64,000 nucleotides of DNA from Zygnema circumcarinatum SAG 698-1b. Lineage: Eukaryota > Plantae > Zygnematophyceae. The number at the start of each line of letters is the position of its first letter. Within the stretch, counting starts at the first letter, position 1. Shown one piece after another: positions 51,997-64,000 of the stretch. Where the stretch lies: assembly GCA_037447605.1 (NCBI GenBank), contig CM074804.1, forward strand, positions 1,302,001 through 1,366,000, written 5' to 3'. A model generated the notes under the pieces. The model was given only the letters and a program-made list of their open reading frames with translations. It did no database searches and was not told the DNA's origin. A program made the position numbers and the translations under genes.

Positions 51997-53380
51997 TAGG
52001 TCGCGGCGAAGGCAGGGGGGGGGAGGCAGGCGAATGTCATGTGAATTGGGTTCAAGGGGTTGCTGGAGGGCTTGGAATAATAGGTGAGGGCGTAGAATAA
52101 GGAAGTTACCGCTGTGGTAACTTTTACGGACACGGAGGACTGTGGTGTGGAGAGAGACGAGCTGAATGGTTTGTGGGGATTGGGATTTCTTATTTGCTTC
52201 CTGAAAACATGCATGTAGAAGTAGTGGTTTGTCTAGGAATTGGGCTGAGTCAATCATAGGAACTCGTCTGTCTTGTTGATATTGTAGGGTTGGACGTCGA
52301 ACTTATGTATGTATGTGAGGGGAAGGTGTTGTTCTTGCGCAACCACTGCAAGAAACTTTCAGCTTCTTTATGCGATCAAGCTCCATCATGCATGCGGCGC
52401 ATAAACACGGAATGTGAATAAAAACATCAACTTTGCAGATTGAGGTTCCTTATTCTTTGTTCTGAGACAATCAAACCGACGTTGTTTGTCCACTGCTTGT
52501 TTTCCGTTGATTCGTCGCTGCGACAGGAGTCGTTGCAAAGCCATGCAGTTTTGGACTCCCCTCGTTCAACGGCGGGTCGCCCTGAACGGACTGACATGTA
52601 GTCGCACAAACCACACAGCTCATAACCTTCGACGAAAGTACTTGTACTGTAACCCACGTGCCGGGCTTTCCGTGAGTCGGTCCCAAGGAATTGTTCCAAG
52701 AGTCTGTTGACATGTGTAATAACCCATACAACGCATGACATGACATCAAACCTGCATGAGCCAAGCATCACATGAAACCCTAGTAACATGGCGGCATGAA
52801 CCGTACATGTGTTCAACAAAATGGATACTGTGCGACAATCTCAAGTCCATGAAAGCGCATGACGACGCATGGGTTCGGGGACAGTGGAAAAACCACTCAA
52901 CAACAACATGCGAGTTTCTAGCCTCACGTTGTGCGCCACGTGGCAGGCCCCTCCCCAGAAGGTTTGCGCGCAGCCGCGCCGATGCACCTTCACGCGAATT
53001 CCGGGGCAGGGGGGCCGCCGCAACATACGCCCGAGCGGTGATGTTGCGCACGCCTGCATCACTCTGCCAGCAGCTCCGGGACCCCGAGAGAGCGCGACAT
53101 ACGGGGCGAGGTGATGTTGGCACGGCTGAGCCGCGAGCTTGGCGTATGTTGCGACGGACACATCATTTTCTTGAAGCAGCGTACCGTACTTGCCAATGTT
53201 TGGAATTGGTTCGGGAGGGGTTGCAAGAGCAGGAGTGGATAGGCGGAGGGCGGAGGAGCTTATAGGGTAGGGCGGGGGCTGCCAGGAAGGAGGAGAAATA
53301 TTTGAAAGTAGCTTGGTGGGCTGCCTGCTTGCAGGAATCAGAATTCCAGCGAAGTTACAATATCCCTTGATTTGGCAGAA

Positions 53381-56300
53381 ATGGCGGCGTTGAGTAGCCG
53401 TGTTGGAGTATGCGGAACGAGCACAATCGCAGTAGCAGCATTAGAAAGTGGAAAGAAAACAAGCAAGATAAGCTCAGCAAGGAGTGTTTGCGGAAATATT
53501 GGCAATGCCGGTATATCTCAGGTTAGTCTTTTCAGTAACAGGTGTGCAGGAGCTTCTGGAAAACACTTGGAGGGAAGGAAGAGCAGGACGGTGGTGCTGG
53601 CAGCTGAAAAGACTGCAGGTACGCGTTTATTTATGTTGGAGTTAACGTATGTGAGATTTGATGGTTCCATAACTTCGGGTAATATTCAGGTGCCAGATGC
53701 CAGCATTGATTTAGCGTATACTTCAGCAATTATTGCTGGAAGTTTAGGTGCAGATCTGCCTTTTTAATTTTCTTTCTCTGTTTTAGCGGAGCTCGCTATT
53801 TCGCTTGGCCCTATATATTAGAACCGTGGCGCTTTTATCTCGTGTGTGTGAACTTACCATTGTTGAAGAACAACACCAACATTCAACTTGACTTACACGT
53901 GTTTGACCTAAAACGCTTCTCTCTCTCAAAGGGAGAAGGAGAAAGAGGGAGACAGAGAGACAGTGTGTGAGAGAGCGAGAGCGAGAGTGTGTGAGAGAGA
54001 GAACCGTATGGTTACATGTATGTCTTTGAAGGATGTACGCTCACTGCAAGGACAGGAATCACTTTTTTTGATGTTTCTGACTTTGTTTTGTGTGCAGGCA
54101 CTGCAACTGAGGAAGAGGTCGTTGACCAGAACATTCTTCAGTATTGCGAATTGACAAAGGGACCAAAGAAGACTCTTGGAGAGATGGAACAGGAATTCCT
54201 TTTGGCTCTTCAGGTATCGCGTGTTACTTGCAGACAGAAGCAGATCGAAGGATCCCGTACTTTGTTAGCAATCACTGTTTGTTGCTAGTCTGTGAGGATA
54301 CCCATTTCCTGACGCCATTTATCCCGGCATTTATGCTAATGATGTATACATCTATATGCTCATTCCTTTCTTGGCGGGATGACCAACGACAGCATGAAGT
54401 ACATTGGCATGATGGCGTTTCACAATCCTATTTGTTGGAAAAGTATACTCATTCGTTTACGATTTGTGGATGTATTGCAGTCATTTTACGTTGGCCAGGC
54501 ACCAATTATGAGCAATGAGGAATTCGACAATTTGAAAGAGGAGCTGCTCTGGGAAGGCAGCACTGTGGTTGTCCTGAGTGAGTCCTAATGACTGGAAGCT
54601 GCTGAATGTATACATTCAAACTTCAAGTGAAACGCTTTGAGTATATCTCTTCGTCAGAAACTGCCTGCTCTCAGTCTGTGATTTCTCGCCTTCACAAGGA
54701 GAATAGCAAACAGGGGTTCCGCATAGTTGAAGCCGCTTCTGGTGTAACAGCGAAGTGATGGTTTGACATTTGCACGAATGGAGCTAATTTGAAACCATTT
54801 GCTGCTGCCTGTCTCAGGTCCGGCAGAGCAAAAATTTATGGAGGCTTCGCTTGCTTATCAGTCAGGGAAACCTTTCCTGAGTGACAAAGAATACGACCAA
54901 CTGAAAGTTGAACTCAAGGCAGGCACTTTCTTCCTTTGTTAGCCTCTGGTTTCCAAGTAATTGGTTTTGACACACGTCCCAAGCGTACGAAAGCTTCAAC
55001 TAACGTCCGAAGCATGTATTTTTTCTTCCTGCTAAGTGAACTGGCATTTTTTCCTTTTTACGAAAGGGGCCTGTCAGGTCGTGCATTTCTTCATGCAGAA
55101 ACAAAACAGCAAAGTGGCTATTGAAGGTCCGAGATGCAGTCTTCGATCCAGGAAGGTGAGGGCTGGTTGCCAATATGGTATTATGCATATGGTATATCAA
55201 GGTACTTATTAATATATCAATATGATGTATGGTCAATATGATACCCGAGCTTCTATTCACTTCTGTCTCTCTCTCCCCCTCGCTCGCTCTCCTTTATGGA
55301 GAGCAAAAGTTACAATCAGAGCGGAATAGTTTGTTTTATTTTGTAATTTTCACCGGAAGCGCGCTGCTTCTTAAATATATTCGTTCACTTAACAGGCACT
55401 ACCTCTTTTGGATGTCTTACCTTACTATTTCTGCGTACGGTATGGTATCTGGCTTCGTCATTCTTAGCCTTCCGAAATATAGTAAAATAAACACATTTTT
55501 CCCTTTTGCTGGACTGAAATATTTTCAAGTACTTATCTGACGATGATGCCAACTTGGGAAACTCTCTCTCTCTTTCTTTATTGGGATTGAAACTCTGCCA
55601 TTTTGTTTCGTTTCAGATGTATAGTGACACTACTGTGGACTACTTGAGAATGACGCTTCTCAACCTGCCTGCGGCATTGGTTGCGTTGGGCGTGTATGTT
55701 CCTCCTCTGAACCGTATCCAATTCTTGGTTTTTTGTATCTGCTTTCCTCAAGCAGGCGGAAATGTACAAGTTTGTACGAGAATTTACGTTAACAATACAT
55801 ACTTCAATTCACGCATTGCAGCAATTTTAGGCTTGTGGAGCACTAAACCTGTTTGCAGCTCGACCGTGATACATGTCTTGGGATTATTCAGGAGTTTAAT
55901 GGTAATTACGTTGGCATGTGGCATTACTTGACTTACATGCGATTGTCGTGTTCCTTGCAGTGTCTTCTTTTTGGATGATATCACCGGCTTCGAAATCACT
56001 TACTTGCTGGAGGTATGTGAGCAGGAACGCTGCTTTTTTCTTCTGCATTTCTCACCCCACTGAATGACTTAGCTGTAGTAGCCGATGTTACTGCAATTCG
56101 TTCTGAACAGTTCCTGTTTCCTTTTTGAATTTTTGAATTTGACACTGCGCCATGCCCACTGCATTCGGATTTTTTGAAAGCCGAAATTTTAGGATTCCGT
56201 ACTTATGTCATTGTGCAGAGAAATAAAAATTTCCAACAGAGTCATGTCTGGCGCTGCTGAAAAGCTTTTGCACTAAAGACGTAATTGCGTTTGGTTTGAA

Positions 56301-57205
56301 CTTTTGGTTTCAAACAGCCACCCTTTCATGAGGTCAAGCAATTGAGTTCCTGCTTCCAACAAGATAACCTTACTCTGGTTTTGTTGGATGCAGCTGCCGG
56401 AGCCATACAGCTTTATCTTCACATGGTTCATTGTGCTGCCGGCCACCTACCTCATAGCACAAACGATCACTAACTACATCTTTAGAGATTTCTTGATTCT
56501 AAATGTAAGTCAATTCATTGTGAACCCATAAATAGGTGCGTTGTTAGTGGCTTTCAGCTGGAGCTACAATGAAATGAACAGCAAGGACGCATGGAAGTTT
56601 GAGGCTGTTCGGTTCTGAGTAACTAAAATAGTTGAGTCGGACATTTTAGGGTCAAGCTGGCTGCGAGCTTTCTTTCCTCTCTCAGAGAATGCTGTAGCCA
56701 TTCTAGTGCTAAATTATGATACTTGTTGGTTTGTCTGTGCTGCAGGGCCCTTGCCCCAGCTGTGGCGTGAGCAACGTCAGCTTTTTTGGCACCATTTTGA
56801 CGGTTGCGAATAACTCCAGGACAAACGACGTGAAGTGTGAATCGTACGTAATTCATTCCTTGCTCGTATCACTCCAGAAACCTTCATGCAGATGCATTCC
56901 AGTAACCTTCATACTGAAGCCTTTATAGTTGAAATGACATGCAGTACGCCAACCAAGTGCTACTTCCACAACACCATACATTACGTGACCTTCCAAACAT
57001 TTCCATACATTCCAGGAAGTAAAGAGGTGCTCACATTGCGTGCATACGTCATCAATTGTGCAGCCGAATTAAGGAGTGTGGGATGTGGAAACGTTCATTT
57101 GTGTGGTGCAGATGCGGATCCATCCTGAGGTTTGATGTGGACAACAGGACGATCACTCTTGAGGCCTTGCCGGGAGAGAAGCCTTCGAAGCCCGCAAAAG
57201 CTTAA
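53381..57205 (+). CDS. PGRL1: PGR5-like protein 1, thylakoid cyclic electron flow component, about 10 exons
   Basis: Transit peptide followed by NILQYC...KKTLGEMEQEFLLALQ|SFYVGQAPIMSNEEFDNLKEELLWEGS, EGPRCSLRSRK, FLDDITGFEITYLLE|LPEPYSFIFTWF, GPCPSCG...FFGTIL...VKCES|CGSIL, stop at 57205. Confidence 0.97.
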
Positions 57206-59425
57206 GGTAAGATTCTTTTCGGGGAGGAATACTCGGAGACTTCTTGTTTAGTGATGAATTATGGAATGCCTCTCCACATTAGCATTGACGATTAATTTTA
57301 TCCCTATGTGGCGTATGCACAAGTTGGAATCGAGTTTGCATATCTATGAAAGATGGAAGGAGGTGGCGTGGAGAAAGGGGAAAGGCAGGAGTGGAAGAGG
57401 AAGTCGGAGAGAGGGGGGATGACGAAGAGTCGGAAGGGCGGGCGGAGAGCGTTTTTTCAAGTTCCCGCCCACAATGCATTTTCAATTTGGTCTGGTGGGG
57501 ATTGTGAATGAGTCAATAAAGTGGATAAGTCAGAAGAGGAATAGTTGACAACACTGGTAGAAGTGGGATCCTGCTCTTGTGCAATACTTATACCTGCAGT
57601 TATTCAGCATAGTTAGTGATTTTTCAAGTGTTATCTCAGAGTCTGCCTGTCTGTCAGCCTGTCCGTCTGTCTTGCTGTCGGAACCTTTTTTTTTTCTTTG
57701 ATTAGCTCCTAACCTGCGCACCAGCCTGCTTCTGTGCAGCTCCGTTTATAACAACCCTGCAAGCGTCATTCAACGGAACTGAGCACCCTGTACCGTTCTT
57801 TATGTATCCGGATAACTTTACGGTGATGTTCAGCATGAGGTCTTCGCTAACGGAGTGAGAGGAACTCCATGTGAAATGTGTCGAACCGAAAAATGTGAGA
57901 ATGTATGCATTCATAGACTATGCTTTGTGCTCACATAGATAGACTGTTGAGCTGTGAAATTAGGTTTGTTTGGATTATTTCTTATTATGTTCCTGCTTGA
58001 GGGTTCAGGGTTGAGCAAGTTTCGTAAGCATTGATAGTCTGCAGTTTAGGCGCTTATCAGCCACATGGAATAGTTACACAGCGGATTTCAGTGAAGCGGG
58101 AGTTTGTTACGGCGAGAAACGCCGTTACTGGACGAAACAAATAGAGTGGGATTGGAGGGTTTGCATTTTCAAGTGTGGGAATCTGAAATCGGGGTTTTGG
58201 TTGGTTCAGTAGCGCGGACAGTGTGTGCGGAAAAGCGTGTGCCTTCATTTTCGAAGAACCCTAAAACTCGAAATACCTACAATCCTAAACCCCTTAGTGC
58301 TTTAAATGTCAAACGAAAACCCTTAAAGTCCCGTATAGAATAAATTTCCTAGTAAAAAAAGGCCTCTATTAGTTAATCATATATCTGTAGTTGTTCTAAC
58401 TTGCAGGGGCTATACTTCAGAGAATTTAACAAGAAAAAACGCACTCACACAGATTTGCTGTTCTCAAAGCAACCAACTGTGAGCGTATGCAGGACCGCTG
58501 ACTGTGCACACTGCACAAGACCTGGCTCTGGGCGGTTTAGTACTTCCTGCGTTAACCGAAAGACGACATAACACCGCCATGCCATATTGTATCGTATCGT
58601 ATCGTGCCGTATATCGAGGGGAAAAGGTGGGGGAACACCCTGGGAACCCTAAAATCATCAGGTAAATAACGGAATTCGGAATGTCGACATTTGATAAAAT
58701 CAAAGGAATCCAAAGCATAGATTTTCGCAGCAGTTTCTCATTTCTAAAGATGGTCGAAAATCGACAAACATCGAGGTGAAACACCCCGTCATGGGGCACG
58801 GTTTGACGGGTCTAGGGCCAACACGTGTCCTGCCCGCAAATCTTTTATGAGCCTTGCGCCGAACTGCCCGCGCGAGCGGTCAGAAATAACTTAATTCGTT
58901 TTCTATTTTCAAGCCTTGAAAAGTAAAATGCGCGGATACGTTAACTGTAAGAGAAGAAATTATTTTTTCCGAAGTCATTGCCCGTTGACCACATTCCTGT
59001 CCAATTCCATAATTTAAAAATAAAAATAAAAATTATTTTCCATATGGGTCTGCGGTCAAGCGCGGAGGCAGTCAACGGAGTGTCCTCCGGCGACTTTTTT
59101 GTCCGTACGACGACGCGGCGCCGCGTTGAATCGGAAGGGGCCGGTAAGGCCGGGAGGGCGGCAGCGCGCTATATAAGGGACGGGGAGGTAGAGGGAGGCA
59201 AAGCGACGAAAGAGAGAGGGAGAGAGAGTGGGAGTGAGAGAGACGGAGAGGGGTAGAGAGAGGGAAGCGAGAAACAGGCGGGGAGGAGGAAAGAGAGAAA
59301 TACGGGGGAGAGGGAGAGAGGGAGGGGAGAAACAGAAGAAGAGTGAGAGGGAGAGAGCGAGGGAGGGAGAGAGGAGGGGAGGGAAGCGAGAAGTGTGTGT
59401 GTGTGAGAGAGAGATAGTTTGAAGT

Positions 59426-62151
59426 ATGGACAGGAAATTACGCTTTTGCATTGTGCTCGTCGCTGTTCTATGTGTGACATCCGTCGCACGTGCGAAGGAC
59501 TTGGACCCAAACGGAGTTGTGGAGGTCACATGGAGCGTGCTGACGTGGACGGCGGATGGCTACGTGGCGGAAGTGCAGATCACCAACAAGCAGGCCTACC
59601 GCGCGCTGTACGGATGGTACCTAGGCTTCGCGTGGACGGAGAAGGAGCTCATATGGGGCGCAATGGTGAGGTTCTATGCTGGACAGTTGAGGGCCAGTTA
59701 GAACTGGAAGGAGAGGTTTTGAGTGAAGGGTTGTGGGGTTCAAGGGAGTGAGGTTTGGGCATAGTGGGAGCTACAATGTGGTGATTTTTAATGGCTATTA
59801 GTTCAAGAAGGTTAACTGCTAACTAATCAAACAACGTTGGGGGGGGAGGGGCAGGGCGCGGAGGCCACAATGCAGGGAGACTGTTCGAACAAAACTGCAC
59901 CGGGAGGAGCTGTACCTCACAGGTAGGGAGGGAGAAAAAGAGAGAGAGAGAAAGTGAGTGGAGGGGAAAATGGGGAGAGGGGGATAGGGAGGGAGGGGGG
60001 AAAGTAGGGGAGGCAGAAAGAGGAAGGAGAAAGGAGGAAGACAAAGGGGGCAGAGTGATTGGAAAAGATAGAGATTAGGAATAGGGACAGAGGAAAAGGG
60101 AGAAGGATAGGAAGAAAGGAAGATTGGGCAAGGGTAGAGCGAGGGGGAGAGAAGGGAGAGAGAGATTGAGGACGGACGGAGAGAAGGGGGAATGGAGCCA
60201 GTGAGAGAGAGGGAAAAAAACGATTTTAACGCACGCCTCTGCACGTGTGCTGCGCAGTTGTGAGGCGAACCCTGTCATGGAGGACCTGCTTCCCACTGCT
60301 GACGTCAGCGTAACTGTGGCCAACTGCTGCCGGGCGGGCATCCTGCAATCCTGGGCCCAAAATGGAAGCTACCCAGTCTCAACTTTCAGGGTAACCTCTC
60401 ACTCTCCTTCTGTCCCTCATCCTTACCTTCTCTCTCTTACCCCATGTCACTCTTTCTTTCTCCTCCCGCTCCCCTCCCCTCCTCCCTCTCTTTTCCGCTC
60501 CTCTTCTCCCTCTCCCTTCCCTCTTCTCGCTACCTTTTTGCTTTCTTTCTTTCTTTCTTTCATTCTGGTCTCTTGTTGTCCTCTCCAATTCTCGACCTTT
60601 TCTCCTACTCCCCCCCCCTCTCCTCCTTGTATTGCTTCCTTGTCCCTTACGAATCCCCTCTACACCACTCTCCCTCCATCTTCCTCTCACAATTCCTTCT
60701 CTCTCCCATGCAACAGATTACGGTCGGCGCAGCAGGGAACACGATCGACACCGTTGTTCCCCCCACAAACTTCACGTAAGCCGCCACTTGCTCTAATCCT
60801 CAATTCTCAAACCCTAAATCCCCAAAACCAAATTACCCAAAAAATTACAAAACCCAACGCAGAAAACTCTAAAGCCCCCAAACCCAAAACCTCAAAACGC
60901 TAAAACCGAAGTGCCCTCCCCTCCACATTGTTCAACCTTACTGAAATTCCCACAACTCTGAAAATCATTCATTTTCTTTTCTTCATTCTCTTCTTCCTTC
61001 CAGACTGAACGGTGATGATTACTCCTGTACGGCCCCCGAAATTGTCAACGCCTCTATGTACCTTGCGGACTCCGGTCGCCGCTATACTCAAGCCTTCCGT
61101 ACATACAAAGTCAACTGCAGCTACGCCCAAGTTGAAGCAGAGCCCGTCCCCGGATGCTGCGTCTCCCTCTCCTCCTTCTACAACTCCTCCCTCTCCGCCT
61201 GCCCCTCTTGCTCCTGCGCGTGCGGGGCCTTCTCGGAGGGTGATGTTCTGTGCGACACGAGCTCCACCCTCCCGCCCTACATCACTCCGGCGGCCAGCGA
61301 CATCACCTCGGCGACATCACCGTATGCGCGGGAGTGCTCGGCGGACGGCTGCCCCGTCAGCGTCCATTGGCACATTCAGGTGGGTTTGCACCTCCCAACA
61401 AAACCCACCTTTTAGAATTTCGTATAAACAAAAATGCCTTCAGAAACTCCGACATATGTCCTCACCCGTGCTCGCTCGCTGCCGGTTCTCCTCTTGCAGG
61501 CGAACTATGTGGGCTACTTCGAGGTGCTCCTAACCATCACCAACCGCATGCTGTACCAAAACTACTCCCATTGGACCCTCACAGTGGAGCATCCCTCCCT
61601 CGCGAACATCACTCGAATCGACGGCGTTGAGAGCCGCAGCATCCTCCCCTTCGGAGTGAACAACACGGCCGTACTGTACGGAACGCCGTCTTATTCGGAC
61701 TTCCTGCAGCAGGCCCCGGGGTACCTCCAGGCGACGCTGCTTATAGGGAAGGGGCCCGCCTTCACGCTCAAGGACGGCTATGGCTTCCCCACAGTGAGTA
61801 ATAATAGTAGGGCAGGGAGAGCTTGGAGAGTTATAGGGTGAGGGTTTATTCGATTGGAGGGCATGTTCCAATAGCGGTTTTGGGTTAAAGTTTGAGGTTT
61901 AATGATTTGGAAATTTTGTTTTTTTTTTGTTTTTTTTTTTAATAATGAATGTTGGGGTTAAACGAGGTTTTAATTTGTTTGGAGTTTTTTGTTCCCGTGT
62001 GCAGAACATTCTGTTTAACGGCCAGACATGTGTCATGCCGACGTGGTACCCCACGCTGCCAAGTGGCGCGCCCCGATTGGTCGGCCCCGCCACGCTGGCG
62101 GTTGGGATCGTCTCCGTACTACTCTCCATGTTCTGCATCTCACTTTTTTAA
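59426..62151 (+). CDS. COBL: COBRA-like GPI-anchored cell-wall protein, 7 exons
   Basis: Signal peptide, LDPNGVVEVTWSVLTWTADGYVAEV, GAEATMQGDCS, VANCCRAGIL, the CCVSLSSFYN motif, YSHWTLTVEHP, GYGFPT|NILFNGQTCVMP and a hydrophobic C-terminal GPI signal ending at 62151. Confidence 0.95.
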
Positions 62152-62709
62152 ATTAAATTTGTGTATTATTAAATAGAAAATAAAACGTATGCTGAAATGT
62201 AGCAGCATAAACCCCCAATTATTTCGAACCCGTTTGGGTTCTGGCTGTATGGCAGAGCAGAAAATTGCTTCGTTGAAACCGCATGCGGAAATTAGATTTT
62301 CGTTAAGCGGAGGGATTATTTACAGCCAGCAGAAAATTGTACAGCGGGAGGAAGGAGGGTTTTAAGGCTATTTGTACCCCATTTAAATTGTTTCAATTAT
62401 TTGATGGATCGGATCGGCAGCTTTCAATCTGAATAGGAACTATCTGCTTAAAACCAGGTTCCCAGGCCGCTACACTTTTTGTTTCGAGAAAATAAAGGAC
62501 AAATTGCTCTTTTTTTTTCTTCCAGAGGTGCGAGTCTCTGTACATAATATTTTACCATACTGGACTTACCTTCCAACAAAATCTCTCGTGCGCAATCTGT
62601 TTTTTTTTTTTTTTTTTTTTTTGCAAAAGAAAATCAAAACTGTGAATCGCTTGAGTGGGCTGCCCGGCGTTCGTACTTTTCTGAAATCCGTACACCACCT
62701 GCTGCAAAT

Positions 62710-63155
62710 CCATGCCACGTGTCCACGGCCGCCTCCACGTCAGACTGAAAGAGCCAATCAGCCTCCGGTCCCCCTCTCCTCATCTGTGGGCCTCTAGTGG
62801 AACCAATCACCGTCCACCACGTGGCAGCGAATGGAGAGCCTCCCATTGGCGGTTTTCCCCTGCTCAGTGGGAGCCAATCACGGGATGCCACGCAGTCATA
62901 CATGACGTGGCAGCCCGTGATTAGTCCGTCTTGTCACGTGGAAGTCCCGCCCCCTGACGGTCGTAGGGCCGCCACGTATGCCTTCGTCAATCGGGAACGT
63001 CCTTTTCCAATTAAACGACGCCACGTGGCAGTCAACCAAAGGACGGTCAAAGCCAGTCAAACCATACCCATGCCACGTCTGCGCTGGCACCGAACCGCGC
63101 CATTCCACGTGTCATGCCGACCACGTGGCGCCCGGTCGACCAGTCCCACCACGTT
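62710..63155. promoter_or_regulatory. Dense G-box / ABRE-like (CCACGT) cluster upstream of proline dehydrogenase
   Basis: About 11 CACGT/TGACGT cores in roughly 450 bp (e.g. CCACGTGGC near 62817, 63021 and 63121) plus CCAAT boxes. Confidence 0.55.
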
Positions 63156-63340
63156 TCTAGAGGCTCCCTCTGCTTACTGCGAACTGCTTTTAGGGTTTGA
63201 GAGCGCAAGTCGCTGAGCTTCTCTGCGAGGGTTCAGGACTCCCTGCAGCGGGCAGGAGACCAGTCTCTTCAATTTTTTTTCTTTCTTTTTTGAAAGCTTT
63301 TCCTTTGTCATTGTTGCAGTAGTTTCTGCTTCCCCCTGCG

Positions 63341-64000
63341 ATGCCTGCGCTGCAATGGAAATCTTTCTTTTTTGGCCCTCCGCAGAAGCAAAATTTTCGA
63401 AAGTCTGCCCAGATTTTAGTAAGTTCATTCTATTCGCCGGCGTTGCAGGAAGCGGATATTTTGAAAGGTTTTAGGGGAAATTTACGGCTTCCCGAAGCAG
63501 CTCTTTCTCCCGCTATCCCATCAAATCCCTACAATTTCTTATCGCAAAAAAAATTATTTTCAAATCCGGCCCAACATCAGGAAGCCCCTCCTGAACCCCT
63601 CCCTTCCCTCTTCCCCTCCCAAAAGCCCAAAACCCACATAAACCCTAACCCCCTCCCACACTCCTTTGCACCCCTTGAAGCCCCCCAAACCCTAAAACCC
63701 CCCTACAAGCCCCACAACCCAAATTCCTCCAATGTCCCTGAACCCCTCCCAAACCCTAATTCCCCCGATTCCCCACCAAACCCAAATACCGAAATTCTTG
63801 ATCTCGACAATGCGCGCGACCTCTTCCGCCGCCTGTCCACGTCGGAGCTCGCCTCCGCGCTGTTGAATTTGGAGCTGGCGGCCAATGGGACGGCGGTGGA
63901 TATGGGCACAGCGGTTCTGCGCTCTGATTGGCTGCGGCGGAGCGCGCTGGGTGTGCCCCTAATGGCGGCCATACGGAGGACGGGATACGCGCACTTCTGC
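63341..64000 (+). CDS. PRODH: Proline dehydrogenase (ProDH/POX), 5' part, truncated by the window end
   Basis: Open frame from ATG 63341 to the end of the window, absent from the ORF track. It translates to a long Pro/Asn-rich leader then ILDLDNARDLFRRLSTSELASALLNLELAANGTAVDMGTAVLRSDWL...AIRRTGYAHFC, which parallels the plant ProDH N-terminal segment ending in TFYxHFC. Confidence 0.82.
   Translation, partial: MPALQWKSFFFGPPQKQNFRKSAQILVSSFYSPALQEADILKGFRGNLRLPEAALSPAIPSNPYNFLSQKKLFSNPAQHQEAPPEPLPSLFPSQKPKTHINPNPLPHSFAPLEAPQTLKPPYKPHNPNSSNVPEPLPNPNSPDSPPNPNTEILDLDNARDLFRRLSTSELASALLNLELAANGTAVDMGTAVLRSDWLRRSALGVPLMAAIRRTGYAHFC

Noticed and set aside
52427-53265. Several overlapping 80-170 aa ORFs upstream of PGRL1
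   Set aside because: They have no recognisable motifs and occur on both strands in GC-rich promoter-like DNA, as expected by chance.
63703-63972. Minus-strand 89-aa ORF
   Set aside because: It is antisense to the ProDH frame, which has recognisable homology.

Overview
This is eukaryotic nuclear DNA from a green plant lineage. OTP51, COBRA-like, PGRL1, ATL-type RING-H2 and plant-type DUF726 genes, many GT-AG introns and teloboxes point to a streptophyte, most plausibly a charophyte alga (inference). I can support about 13 protein-coding genes: an FkbM-type methyltransferase, an acidic LLEASDD-motif protein, a TMCO4/DUF726 hydrolase, a small unknown ORF, an unidentified 14-exon gene with micro-exons, a macrodomain protein, OTP51, MINPP1, two tandem ATL RING-H2 ligases, PGRL1, a COBRA-like protein and the 5' part of proline dehydrogenase. 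The last is absent from the ORF track because it runs off the window. Introns and intergenic DNA are rich in GA/CT microsatellites, so most long listed ORFs are spurious. There are seven 10-N scaffold gaps and a gap-bounded 1.9-kb duplication that is probably an assembly artefact. Elements found by eye are an 842-bp non-autonomous hAT element (21-bp TIR, 8-bp TSD), three MITEs of two related families with AAT target duplications (two of them stacked at one site), a GC-rich multi-hairpin candidate RNA, and a variant telomere-repeat array. I found no CRISPR, rRNA, tRNA or prokaryotic system, and no clearly new multi-gene system. All gene models were spliced by hand and family calls rest on recognised motifs, not database searches.
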